From Pseudomonas phage sp. 30-2, in the sequence record LC727697.1: 64,000 nt of DNA; one strand, 5' to 3'. The translations under genes were made by a program, and so were the position numbers. The notes beneath the pieces were generated by a model. It ran no database searches. It worked only from the letters and a program-made list of their open reading frames with translations, and was not told where the DNA came from. Positions 28,820-38,218 of this stretch are shown piece by piece. Numbering within the stretch: position 1 is the stretch's first letter; each line of letters begins with the position of its first letter.

Positions 28820-29165
28820 ACTTATTATTTGTACACTATCACTATCTTATTAGTATCACTCAGTATCACTCATTATTTGTACACTATAGCTATCTATCAG
28901 TATTGGTATTAGTATCACTTCTATAAGTATCACTCATTATTCACTATCTATTGGTATTATCAATCAACATTATTCATTATTTGTTACACTATAGCTATCT
29001 CAGTATTAGTATTTTAGTATTAGTATCTATCAGTATTATCACTCATTATTTGTATACTATAGCTATATCTATCAGTATTAGTATTATCACTCATTGGTTG
29101 TTACACTATAGTTTCTATCTATTAGAGTATTATCACTCATTAGTTATAGTGTAGTGATTTCTATC
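28820..29165. repeat. iteron-like array of at least 5 direct repeats of a roughly 50-bp unit (tatcactcattatttgtacactatagctatctatcagtattagtatt), ending in an inverted partial copy
   Basis: Unit copies start near 28822, 28862, 28974, 29037 and 29086. The plus-strand ORFs 28732-28926 and 28951-29154 are translations of the repeats. Confidence 0.65.
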
Positions 29166-29181
29166 ATTCATCTTCATTACT

Positions 29182-29463
29182 TTAATAAAGTCTTCTTGAA
29201 TAACATTTTGTATTAACTGATAACCAATTACTATTACACATAGATAAAACAAAGGGATGAATGTGTATTGTATAAATTATATGCTGAAGATAACACATGA
29301 TTATATTGTTATTATTAAAGTTATTGATATGTATGTAACAGTTGAATTTGTTATTGTATATACCTAATTCTAATAATCTATTTCTATCAGAATATAATAC
29401 AAAATCATTAGTTAGAAACTGTATTGTAGTTGTGTATGATTGTAATGTTATAATAAATTTCAT
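29182..29463 (-). CDS. paralog-array family member
   Basis: MKFIITLQSYT ... IIMCYLQHII. Confidence 0.5.
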   Translation of the reverse strand: MKFIITLQSYTTTIQFLTNDFVLYSDRNRLLELGIYNNKFNCYIHINNFNNNNIIMCYLQHIIYTIHIHPFVLSMCNSNWLSVNTKCYSRRLY

Positions 29464-29744
29464 TTATGGTTATAGTTATGGATGTATATAAAAAATATTA
29501 AATCCGTACATACATCATATATTTTTATTAGGTAATATGCACGTTGTAGTATATGTGTTTTAGACTGTAAATGTAGTATGCCGAAAATATCATTAAAGAC
29601 ATTATAGTCTATGTCTACTACGGTCTTTTTGTTCTTGCGTGTTATAAGATAAAAGCATTTTCTATCTGAGTTAATTAAACGATAAGTAGTATCAAATTGG
29701 GATATATATCTAGTTTTATTTTGCAGTGCGAGGATTAGGTTCAT
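29460..29744 (-). CDS. paralog-array family member
   Basis: MNLILALQNKT ... FGILHLQSKTH. ATGA coupling. Confidence 0.5.
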   Translation of the reverse strand: MNLILALQNKTRYISQFDTTYRLINSDRKCFYLITRKNKKTVVDIDYNVFNDIFGILHLQSKTHILQRAYYLIKIYDVCTDLIFFIYIHNYNHK

Positions 29745-30025
29745 ATGATAGAGTGAACTATATAGTGGGAAGTAAAGATTACTAGTGAGTTCCGTGTGGT
29801 AGATATTAAAGTTGTTTGACTTTGTATATGAAGAATGCAGATTTCGTTACACAACTTATCGTAGTTCGCACGCACATATACACGGGATATTATTTTTTGG
29901 ATCTTTATTTCTATTATAGGTTGGTCATGTACGTTATATAGTGTTAAGCCGTGACGGGTGCTGCCAGAGTGGGTGGATTTTTTAATTTGATTTACTTCTG
30001 AAGAGATAAGTTTAATATAGTCCAT
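29741..30025 (-). CDS. paralog-array family member
   Basis: IKLISSEV ... ICILHIQSQTT. Confidence 0.45.
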   Translation of the reverse strand: MDYIKLISSEVNQIKKSTHSGSTRHGLTLYNVHDQPIIEIKIQKIISRVYVRANYDKLCNEICILHIQSQTTLISTTRNSLVIFTSHYIVHSII

Positions 30026-30320
30026 GTGTTATAATATAATAAACGTTTCTATGGTACATATTTCTCATTCTTATCATATAATAAGAATTTGATGATTCTT
30101 GATGTATAGTGTGTGTATTTTGTTGTAGATAGAGTATTGCAGTTTTGTCATTAAAAATACCTAGATATATGAACATAGAATTTGTTATATCTATGTCTAT
30201 TACTGGCATTTCGTCTTCTGTGTATAATTCTATAATACTATTACGATATAATATAATAGAAGTGTTATGTTGTAGTAGGAAAATAAAATCCATAATTATA
30301 TAACCAAGGTATTGTTGCAA
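30012..30320 (-). CDS. paralog-array family member (probable start at MDFIFLLQ)
   Basis: MDFIFLLQHNT ... TAILYLQQNTH. Confidence 0.5.
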   Translation of the reverse strand: MQQYLGYIIMDFIFLLQHNTSIILYRNSIIELYTEDEMPVIDIDITNSMFIYLGIFNDKTAILYLQQNTHTIHQESSNSYYMIRMRNMYHRNVYYIITHGLY

Positions 30321-30550
30321 AGATATGGATACGCTAGAAAATGGCTATGTACAATGGGATAACTAATAGTTTTTGTGTTATGTTGAATATAACAGATTAA
30401 ATCAATGTTTAGTAATAATTTGCTAATGTAAATTTTAGTTTGGCCATACATGTAATGGCAAATTATAATTTCTTTAGTTTTATTAATGACGATTATATAG
30501 TTAGCATATGCACTTATTGTATGTGTTAAATGTGAGATATGTATTATCAT
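30296..30550 (-). CDS. paralog-array family member
   Basis: LICYIQHNT motif. Confidence 0.4.
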   Translation of the reverse strand: MIIHISHLTHTISAYANYIIVINKTKEIIICHYMYGQTKIYISKLLLNIDLICYIQHNTKTISYPIVHSHFLAYPYLCNNTLVI

Positions 30551-30873
30551 TTGATTTTCAACCGAATATATGATTCGTCAAAAACCAAAGCGTATGATTT
30601 TTCCATTCTTTTGATCTTCTTTATTTTATTAGATATAATAACTAACGTAGATTCTGACATTTGAAACTGGTTTATTCTTAAAAATGTCTGGCAGGTCCAT
30701 GTAGAAAATGATAAACAAAAAGATGCTACTTTTATATAATCGGTATTTACAAGAATAAATCTAACAGCATTTAGACCATCATGCGGTATGATTTTACTGG
30801 TGTTTCTTAATAATTCAAGTATTAAATTCATAATATTCTTTACATAACATTGTATTAAGTAATGAATTGACAT
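30547..30873 (-). CDS. paralog-array family member
   Basis: MNLILELLRNTSKII ... STLVIISNKIKK. Confidence 0.45.
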   Translation of the reverse strand: MSIHYLIQCYVKNIMNLILELLRNTSKIIPHDGLNAVRFILVNTDYIKVASFCLSFSTWTCQTFLRINQFQMSESTLVIISNKIKKIKRMEKSYALVFDESYIRLKIK

Positions 30874-31204
30874 TTAGTCTATAATACGTAATTGTGTTTA
30901 TTGTTTTTATTGAATCGCATTTGTATTGTATATACAAAGGATCTATTTCGTTAAGCATACTAAAACACATTCGAAAATTAGAAATAGTAACAACTGAGCA
31001 TAGAAACACAAATCCATTTATATTAGCAATGTATATGCCTGGACCTCTTGTATTGTTAAAATACTGTCCGTAGATTAGTTTGTGGGAATTACTTGATATG
31101 ATAAATGGTAGGTTGCACATAGGGTTTAGATGGACATTAATCTGCTCATTAAAAGAGTTTAATAATGTAGTTTCTGTACAACAACTATTTAAATGATAGT
31201 TCAC
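30815..31204 (-). CDS. paralog-array family member (longer N-terminus)
   Basis: PLYIQYKCDS motif. Confidence 0.4.
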   Translation of the reverse strand: MNYHLNSCCTETTLLNSFNEQINVHLNPMCNLPFIISSNSHKLIYGQYFNNTRGPGIYIANINGFVFLCSVVTISNFRMCFSMLNEIDPLYIQYKCDSIKTINTITYYRLNVNSLLNTMLCKEYYEFNT

Positions 31205-31216
31205 ATACTTATCTTT

Positions 31217-31468
31217 TTAAATATAGTGAGGTATGGGAGAGTTATATAATAATATTCGGTGTGAATGGTTTAATTTTATCGTTTTTGCATTATTAGAAAT
31301 ATAAAATAGTAAGAAATCAGATTCACTCATATAATGCCATAGAATGTTAGTATCTATAAATGCGGTTGGATATATTTGCGCTAATCTATTACCATACACA
31401 GTAAGTTCTAATTCATTAAACTGTGCATTTAGTTCATATGTAAAGTGTGAAAGAAGTATAACAATCAT
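31217..31468 (-). CDS. paralog-array family member
   Basis: IVILLSHFT ... FLLFYISNNAKT. Confidence 0.45.
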   Translation of the reverse strand: MIVILLSHFTYELNAQFNELELTVYGNRLAQIYPTAFIDTNILWHYMSESDFLLFYISNNAKTIKLNHSHRILLYNSPIPHYI

Positions 31469-31488
31469 GCATTTTTGCCCATTTAAGA

Positions 31489-31797
31489 CTATGTTATTTT
31501 TCTAAATAACGTCAAATAATATTTGTTAGAAAATACTTCTAAGAAGTTGTTATGCATTGATATTGATCTTGTGACCGATTGTATCAAAATAGGAATTATT
31601 ATATCGTTACATATAACTTTTTTAAATAATAGTACGCCATTTATAAATATGCAATTGTTATCACCTTTGTATATTTTTAGTGTGTACAAACATTTTCTAA
31701 TTCTTTTTCTAAAACTGATTTCTATAGATATAGTATCAGCTATACTACTCAGAAATATTAACAACATACACTTGTCGTTCGGTATTTTATATACCAT
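31489..31797 (-). CDS. paralog-array family member
   Basis: MLLIFLSSIADT ... IIPILIQSVTRS. Confidence 0.45.
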   Translation of the reverse strand: MVYKIPNDKCMLLIFLSSIADTISIEISFRKRIRKCLYTLKIYKGDNNCIFINGVLLFKKVICNDIIIPILIQSVTRSISMHNNFLEVFSNKYYLTLFRKIT

Positions 31798-31812
31798 TTT
31801 TCGATCTATACC

Positions 31813-32094
31813 TTATAGATAATTATAATACCACATTATTTTTTTATCAGTTAATATACGCACCCGGTTATCAGTGAATGCTATGTACCCGCATTGTTTA
31901 GATGCTATAAATACTGCCCTATTCCACAAACTAAATGGATTACTATAAAAGTTATAATTTACATTATAATAAACAGAAGGTTTTGTGTATATAGAACATA
32001 TGCCAGAGTAAATTACAATTAATCTAGCTTTATTAGATATTTCTAAAATTTCGTCATAATAAATTTTATGCATAGTCAGAATTATTTTAACCAT
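31813..32094 (-). CDS. paralog-array family member
   Basis: KIILTMHKIYYDE ... AVFIASKQCG. Confidence 0.45.
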   Translation of the reverse strand: MVKIILTMHKIYYDEILEISNKARLIVIYSGICSIYTKPSVYYNVNYNFYSNPFSLWNRAVFIASKQCGYIAFTDNRVRILTDKKIMWYYNYL

Positions 32095-32387
32095 TTGCCG
32101 TGATAATATCTTCTTCCTATAGCAAGGAAAATGTATTCATCGTCTATATCTTTAAATGATACTTTAATGTCCACAGCACCCCATACAACAAGTGATGTAG
32201 TTGTGTGCTGTAATAGTAGAATACGATATATGGAATCTAACTTTATGTTATGAAGTACAACTGCGCCTTTTCCTGTTCTTCGGTTTATCGAAAGAACATG
32301 ACCGCCTAAACTCGTTATTAACGTGATACAGTCCGTGTCAAAGAAGATTTCGGAAGTTGATGCTTGAATGTTAATGATAATATTCAT
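32082..32387 (-). CDS. paralog-array family member
   Basis: MNIIINIQAST ... RILLLQHTTT. Confidence 0.5.
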   Translation of the reverse strand: MNIIINIQASTSEIFFDTDCITLITSLGGHVLSINRRTGKGAVVLHNIKLDSIYRILLLQHTTTSLVVWGAVDIKVSFKDIDDEYIFLAIGRRYYHGKWLK

Positions 32388-32456
32388 ATATTTTATTCAC
32401 AATTGCACATTGTTTTTTATTATTGCACATTGTGCATGTTATAGCAACTGAAAAAG

Positions 32457-32738
32457 TTATTGGTAAAGACCTTTCCATATAAGTGTACCATTATATGATA
32501 TGCAAATTGCATACTTATTATCGAATATTACGCGGCAAAATGATTGTATTATAAAAGGAGATAGTGTAAACACACACAAATATAAATGATGTATTCTGCT
32601 AGCAGCACGGGAACCCATGTATGGTATAGATATGCTATAAAATATGATTCCAGCAGCGTTGAACAAGTCTACACAGTTATGAGAAAATGAAGTTATATAA
32701 GTCTCTTTACTTAACAATAGTATTAATTCATCGTTCAT
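32457..32738 (-). CDS. paralog-array family member
   Basis: ELILLLSKET ... SPFIIQSF. Confidence 0.45.
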   Translation of the reverse strand: MNDELILLLSKETYITSFSHNCVDLFNAAGIIFYSISIPYMGSRAASRIHHLYLCVFTLSPFIIQSFCRVIFDNKYAICISYNGTLIWKGLYQ

Positions 32739-33028
32739 AACATATTTGTACGAAATACAGCATCTGCTGATATATTAGATTTATTTTGACGGAAAAGTAT
32801 AATAGACGGTAAATATACCAGTTTATTTGTATAATATTGTATAATTATAGGTAATGAAATATAGTTTAACCAACTGTTATCTATATAAGGAAAATTACAC
32901 ATACCATGCAAGTGTATTGGTATTATTTTATAAAAGAATATACCTTTATTGCCAACAAAGGTAATATTTGTGTCGAATATAATACAATTTGTGTTATTAC
33001 TTATATGTAATATAAAATCATATTTCAT
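32735..33028 (-). CDS. paralog-array family member
   Basis: DFILHISNNT ... LPIIIQYYT. ATGA coupling. Confidence 0.45.
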   Translation of the reverse strand: MKYDFILHISNNTNCIIFDTNITFVGNKGIFFYKIIPIHLHGMCNFPYIDNSWLNYISLPIIIQYYTNKLVYLPSIILFRQNKSNISADAVFRTNML

Positions 33029-33042
33029 TAAGTATAGATATC

Positions 33043-33309
33043 CTAATTAACACAACTAGTCATGATAACGCCATTGCAATTGCGTATAAAAGCATATCTG
33101 GGGGTGACATAAATTTCGGAACAATTTTTACTTATATAAATGATAATAAAACTATCTGTTATTAATTCGTCTACAACAATTAATGACTTAGTTTTAGATA
33201 AAAAATTTATAAAGTATACCACTTTATTATAATTTTGAAAACGCACAACATCGTCTAATAATGCTATCTGTTTAGTATTAATAGAAATTGTAAGTATTAA
33301 TTTAGTCAT
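33043..33309 (-). CDS. paralog-array family member
   Basis: KLILTISINT ... FIIIYISKNCS. Confidence 0.45.
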   Translation of the reverse strand: MTKLILTISINTKQIALLDDVVRFQNYNKVVYFINFLSKTKSLIVVDELITDSFIIIYISKNCSEIYVTPRYAFIRNCNGVIMTSCVN

Positions 33310-33530
33310 TTAAAGGTATATAGTATGTATAATAACTGTTTAGTGCAATAACACGACAATCTGAGTAACATGCAGCATATATTGTATCTGTGTGATAAGA
33401 TAATACCAATATATTAAATATGCATCCGGTAGGAAATAGATTTTTCATTAATAATTTATTTTATCTAATTGACATATTTAATAGTGTCACAATAACTAGT
33501 ATACACTAATTAAAATTAATGGTATGATAT

Positions 33531-33866
33531 TTATGGTGTAACTTGATCTGATTTAGCAGATACGTTACTAAGACAATAAAATATCTTTAACTTAGTAGTA
33601 GTTACCTGTATCTTTTCTCTACCAATAATAAATAAAAGCTTATTACAATATTTAGACGTTAGTAAGATTTTTTGTTTCCAATCAAAATCGAAAATGTCGA
33701 TTGGGTGTCCTGCGGCTGAACGTATTGCATAAAATACTCTATTGTGTTTATTAATTAAATAAAATGTAGTTATATTAGAACACTGGACAGCTATCTCGCA
33801 CGAAATATAAAATATATTGTCCATCAAATTACCTATGTATTGTACAATTATATTAGTAAGTGACAA
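33531..33866 (-). CDS. paralog-array family member (divergent)
   Basis: Position and composition. Confidence 0.35.
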   Translation of the reverse strand: MSLTNIIVQYIGNLMDNIFYISCEIAVQCSNITTFYLINKHNRVFYAIRSAAGHPIDIFDFDWKQKILLTSKYCNKLLFIIGREKIQVTTTKLKIFYCLSNVSAKSDQVTP

Positions 33867-34146
33867 TCTTAGAGAAAAATTGACCTACTTTTGTGAGCAC
33901 ATATATTTGAATTAATTCGTGATGCACAGAAAATTTAAAAATATCTGTGTAAAACTGAACTAGTGCGGGAATCTCATATATTGTCCCCCAGCCATTACTT
34001 CCGTCGTCTATCACTACCGGATGTGAATTAAGATTTTTTGTTACAACATAGATACATTTTTGATCAAATCTGTATAATAAGAATGTGCTATTACTCGTTG
34101 ATGTTATATAGTATGTATTGTTTGATATAAAAAGAATAATATCCAT
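33853..34146 (-). CDS. paralog-array family member
   Basis: MDIILFISNNT motif. Confidence 0.45.
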   Translation of the reverse strand: MDIILFISNNTYYITSTSNSTFLLYRFDQKCIYVVTKNLNSHPVVIDDGSNGWGTIYEIPALVQFYTDIFKFSVHHELIQIYVLTKVGQFFSKIVTY

Positions 34147-34258
34147 TTAGTGTTCCGCATTTAATTAACTTGTACACTAACATACAACACTTAATAACAC
34201 AACAGAGTTTTTATAATGAATAATACATAAGATATCACATTTTTCTGCAAATGTACTG

Positions 34259-34582
34259 TCACTGACCTATGTAATATAACAAATCTGTTAAAGATCTTCT
34301 GTCATCAGAATAAAAATAAAATACTACTTTATCGTATATTCTTAGTTCAGTGATGTGTTTACATTTACATGACAAAATAAAAATAAATAATTTTTTAAAT
34401 ACTGATATATCGAGATTTAACATAAGTGATACTGTTTTACCATATTTTACTTCTGTTATATATTTGATTATATCGTTAGAGGGGCTAGTTCGAATATATA
34501 TTATATTGTTTATATGTCCGATTGACCGGTCTATACCTATTTGTATATTATCAATGCTAGCTATACAAAATATTAAATTCAT
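34259..34582 (-). CDS. paralog-array family member
   Basis: NLIFCIASIDN ... LFIFILSCKCK. Confidence 0.4.
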   Translation of the reverse strand: MNLIFCIASIDNIQIGIDRSIGHINNIIYIRTSPSNDIIKYITEVKYGKTVSLMLNLDISVFKKLFIFILSCKCKHITELRIYDKVVFYFYSDDRRSLTDLLYYIGQ

Positions 34583-34583
34583 T

Positions 34584-34925
34584 TTATAATAAAACAGAAA
34601 TATTTATAATTACAGAAGATGAATAACAAGACGAATATGTCATATTCGTATCAACTACTGACAGTAGTATATTTCTGTTATTATTTTTTATTATAAAACT
34701 TGCATTATCTGCTCCATATGCTATCGTGTGTGTATGGTTACATAATGCAATAATATCTATACTGCAATTATTATAGGATATAAATGAACAATTATGCCAG
34801 TTTTTGAGATGATATGCTGTAAATTCTCTAGCTCCTGTAGTATTATTAATGGTAACTATACATCCGTATTCTGCTTCTAATTTTCTACTTCTTATAAAAT
34901 TCTGAACATATAATATATTATTCAT
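34584..34925 (-). CDS. paralog-array family member
   Basis: NNILYVQNFIRS ... IDIIALCNHTHT. Confidence 0.4.
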   Translation of the reverse strand: MNNILYVQNFIRSRKLEAEYGCIVTINNTTGAREFTAYHLKNWHNCSFISYNNCSIDIIALCNHTHTIAYGADNASFIIKNNNRNILLSVVDTNMTYSSCYSSSVIINISVLL

Positions 34926-35412
34926 TTATGATACGCCGTAACAAAGGTGTTGGATCTAATAAATTTTCAGGTCTGCTAGTATTTAATTGCCATAATCCAA
35001 TAGAATTTGTAGTTCCTTTTGTATATCGTTCTACGTGAAGCATAGACATAGGACGTCCTTTGTTCTTTTTTAACACTTGTTCTACTCTGCCGATACATGT
35101 TCCAGCTGGTACAGTATCTCCTATGTTAATCCAATTTCCTACTAATATTTCGCCGTATACCCATACACCAAATACGTCTTCTACTACTAATGCACTTGTT
35201 TTATTCCACCAAGGTGTTCCGCAACCTGGTCCTGTAAAATCTTTTATTATATTAACTACTTTACCCGATAGCATTGTAAACACAGGTTCTTTATTTTTAC
35301 AATAAAGGTCTACGCCTTCGTGTATATGATTTTTTCGTTGGTATGCAAATCCGCCCGGATGTGTGTAATCTGGGATATTATTCAATTCTATAAATGGTTT
35401 TTGAAATATCAT
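34918..35412 (-). CDS. peptidase M23 (LytM/lysostaphin-like) domain protein. The HxH motif is degenerate (MLHVE), so it may be non-catalytic.
   Basis: H-x3-D (HEGVDLY), then the GTCIGRV glycine-rich block, then SMLHVERY where HLHFE is expected. Embedded in the paralog array. Confidence 0.5.
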   Translation of the reverse strand: MIFQKPFIELNNIPDYTHPGGFAYQRKNHIHEGVDLYCKNKEPVFTMLSGKVVNIIKDFTGPGCGTPWWNKTSALVVEDVFGVWVYGEILVGNWINIGDTVPAGTCIGRVEQVLKKNKGRPMSMLHVERYTKGTTNSIGLWQLNTSRPENLLDPTPLLRRIINE

Positions 35413-35732
35413 ATTATGTAGGATACGTTTATCATAGTATATGCTTTTAACTTCCGAAATGATATAGTAAACAAATGCGAAGAACTGTGTAATTGAGTGT
35501 CATTGTACGAAAAAATCGTATCTCTTGCACGATGCGAAACATTACACACATCTATTATATGAATAGGAGTACACAGTATACTGGATACAACTTTTGTTAT
35601 AGGCCTACCCATTCCGAATATAACAAAATGAAACGATGTATAATTACTCAGTCTTATTGTATACGAATATCTTGTTATATTGCATAATATACTTGAATCA
35701 GACATATCATATTGTAGAAAATGTATATTCAT
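35409..35732 (-). CDS. paralog-array family member
   Basis: MNIHFLQYDMS ... TPIHIIDVCNVSH. Confidence 0.4.
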   Translation of the reverse strand: MNIHFLQYDMSDSSILCNITRYSYTIRLSNYTSFHFVIFGMGRPITKVVSSILCTPIHIIDVCNVSHRARDTIFSYNDTQLHSSSHLFTISFRKLKAYTMINVSYII

Positions 35733-35881
35733 ATACAGCTATAAACTTATTGTTGCGTTCTGTTATATATTGAATTATATAATTACCAAATACATCTGCT
35801 ATACAAAATGTAACGAAATCACTATACGCATCTTCAGATATAGACGTGCATCTAGCAGTAATTGATACAATATATGTAATG

Positions 35882-36241
35882 CTAGCTGACATACGATATT
35901 CTATATCTGCAATATACTTCATCTGCAATACGGGGTCTTAATATACCCACAGAGCATATAGTATTGTGCATTATATCATCTAATACATATGTACTGTTTC
36001 TATATCTGTTTTTTATAGAATACACTGTATTGACTAATTTAAATAAATCTATTTTGAATTCATTTTTATATTTTAAGGTACATAATCCTGTAGTTAAATT
36101 AGTTGCCCATAAAATTATAGTAATATTAGGTGAAATATATAACGACCATATAGTGATTGTATGGTCCATTACCTTTATACTTCGTGTATTTTTAGAAATA
36201 TAATAAATTTTTTCTATATTAGAATGCATGTCCGAGCCCAT
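35882..36241 (-). CDS. paralog-array family member (divergent)
   Basis: Position. ITIILWATN motif. Confidence 0.35.
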   Translation of the reverse strand: MGSDMHSNIEKIYYISKNTRSIKVMDHTITIWSLYISPNITIILWATNLTTGLCTLKYKNEFKIDLFKLVNTVYSIKNRYRNSTYVLDDIMHNTICSVGILRPRIADEVYCRYRISYVS

Positions 36242-36555
36242 GTGTGATTTTTGTAACTATATAACAATCCGTTTCCTTTATTATTAATAATACATACAGA
36301 TCTAGTTTTATAATACATCTCTGAGGCCATTTTAATCATAAAACATTTACTAGATAAAGACAGTACACATATATCATTTTTAAATGTGTAAATGTATGAT
36401 AAGTGCTCTGAATCATGGTTTAAATTATATCTTACAAAAAAGTTTAATGTTTTTGTTGGTTTGTCATATAATCCTTCTATACTTATAACACTGTTACCTA
36501 TAACAGCCACGTTTGAGCATCCTGCTTGCATTTCTAGTATATTGTTTTCCTTCAT
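36214..36555 (-). CDS. paralog-array family member (divergent)
   Basis: NILEMQAGCS motif. Confidence 0.35.
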   Translation of the reverse strand: MKENNILEMQAGCSNVAVIGNSVISIEGLYDKPTKTLNFFVRYNLNHDSEHLSYIYTFKNDICVLSLSSKCFMIKMASEMYYKTRSVCIINNKGNGLLYSYKNHTWARTCILI

Positions 36556-36603
36556 TTCAATACCTTATTTAAGAAATAACTAAACACAAATTATATCACA
36601 TGT

Positions 36604-36936
36604 TTATACAAAACACACCGGATCCCAATTATGGAACCGAGAACCTTGTATATCTATATTTAAGAAACATGGATTTATACCTAATGCTACTGCACGGTTT
36701 GATTCCATTTCTAAGTATAAAGTAGGATAGTCGAAACATATAATACAACACAAGGTAGACACCAAAAATACATTGATATGTAGATTTTTTGCAAACATAG
36801 AATACAAAGACGATTCTTTGTTACTGTAATGGAATACTTTCATGTTTTCTGAGTTAACAATAAAAAACCCGTAATTGTATTTTGAGTTATCTATTTCTAT
36901 TTTGTCACAATTGCTTTGTAATTTAATGATAAACAC
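36604..36936 (-). CDS. paralog-array family member
   Basis: MFIIKLQSNCDKI motif. Confidence 0.4.
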   Translation of the reverse strand: MFIIKLQSNCDKIEIDNSKYNYGFFIVNSENMKVFHYSNKESSLYSMFAKNLHINVFLVSTLCCIICFDYPTLYLEMESNRAVALGINPCFLNIDIQGSRFHNWDPVCFV

Positions 36937-37148
36937 TTAAAATACCTTATATAATTTTGTTAAATTAACCCAACACGAATGGATAGTCAAGCATTTTGCG
37001 GTTCTTTGTCCTGTACATCTAACTCAGCAATAGTTGTACAGATTTTACTAGAATTGCAATAATAAGAATATACATAAAGAAGTTACATTTTTAGTTTGGA
37101 ATTTAAATGCAAATGGTGCGTTATGGTCTTATGCTAAAATACATTCAT

Positions 37149-37496
37149 TTATGCTAATACTATTTCGGATGAATAATTTTTACTACTAATACTATCATTT
37201 GCTATTTCATTGTATAAAATTGTACTTGAGTTACTGTCTGTCAATACTACTACTATTCTATTAATAATATAAGATGATATTTTTTGTGTTAATAGCTGAA
37301 TCTTAAATATATCTAAGTATATCAAACTATTGTTATATGTATAGTCTACAAACCACGACTGTAATGAATTTTCAATTTCTACACAATAAAATATATTATT
37401 ACCACGTCTATCTTTGATAATAAAATTATAGCGGTATGACCGGTCGTCTGGTTGTATTGTTTCCTGCAAAGCACTTAGCGTTATTATAGTATTCAT
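37149..37496 (-). CDS. paralog-array family member (last before tilS)
   Basis: NTIITLSALQET motif. Confidence 0.4.
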   Translation of the reverse strand: MNTIITLSALQETIQPDDRSYRYNFIIKDRRGNNIFYCVEIENSLQSWFVDYTYNNSLIYLDIFKIQLLTQKISSYIINRIVVVLTDSNSSTILYNEIANDSISSKNYSSEIVLA

Positions 37497-37604
37497 TTGC
37501 TACTAGATAAAATAAACACAAGTTTATGTTTAACACCGACATACGGTATTATATGATAATTCCTTGCTTGAATAGAAATAACAAGCATTGTTAAAAGTGA
37601 GTGT

Positions 37605-38216
37605 TTAGCCATTCTCTTCTCTTACTTTTTTTGCAATCACTTTAAACAATCCTGGATTTACTTTAAGTGCTTGAGGAATTATATTATGTCGAATTTGATT
37701 TCTATTAAAATTAGTGTCTCGGTTACTAGGATCTTCTAACCATTGTACACCATTACTTTTCGCATATTTTTTAAATTCGTTTTTTGTAGTAAGCATAAAC
37801 GGTCGGATGACATTTTTTTTCCGATACGGAATGATACGAGGCGAACCGTGCATACTATAAAACAACCACGTCTCTACGTTGTCGTCTAGTGTATGTGCAG
37901 TCATGATTTCTAATTCATGAGAGTGCAGAAATTTATATCGTTCGTTTCGCCAATGTTCTTCCCAACTGCAACCTTTTGGTTTTTTTGTGTTAATGCAGTA
38001 TACATGGCAATTTATTTTATTGTCGCTACAATAATCTCTCACAAATTGCTCTGCTTTGATATCATACTCCGATCCGTGGTTTACATGAAAGACATCGAAG
38101 TTATTTTGTGGATATTTCTTTAAGAAGGACAATGCAACCATAGAATCAATACCGCCCGAAACAGCGATACCAAATTTCTGTCCATAATATGCAATGGGTT
38201 TTACTAACTTAATCAA
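37605..38216 (-). CDS. tilS: tRNA(Ile)-lysidine synthetase (TilS) N-terminal catalytic PP-loop domain protein
   Basis: PP-loop SGGIDS. FHVNHG matches TilS HVxHGLR. AHTLDDNVETWLF and IRPFML...QWLEDPSNRDTNFNRNQIRHNIIP match TilS blocks (E. coli ...WIEDESNQDDSYDRNFLR...). Confidence 0.75.
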   Translation of the reverse strand: MIKLVKPIAYYGQKFGIAVSGGIDSMVALSFLKKYPQNNFDVFHVNHGSEYDIKAEQFVRDYCSDNKINCHVYCINTKKPKGCSWEEHWRNERYKFLHSHELEIMTAHTLDDNVETWLFYSMHGSPRIIPYRKKNVIRPFMLTTKNEFKKYAKSNGVQWLEDPSNRDTNFNRNQIRHNIIPQALKVNPGLFKVIAKKVREENG

Positions 38217-38218
38217 AC

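Noticed and set aside
28732-29154. Plus-strand ORFs 28732-28926 and 28951-29154
   Set aside because: They are translations of the roughly 50-bp tandem repeats (periodic ISI/LVLV strings), not genes.
28820-29165. Possible CRISPR array
   Set aside because: The repeats are about 50 bp, imperfect and contiguous, without unique spacers of regular length. That is an iteron or tandem-repeat architecture, not CRISPR.
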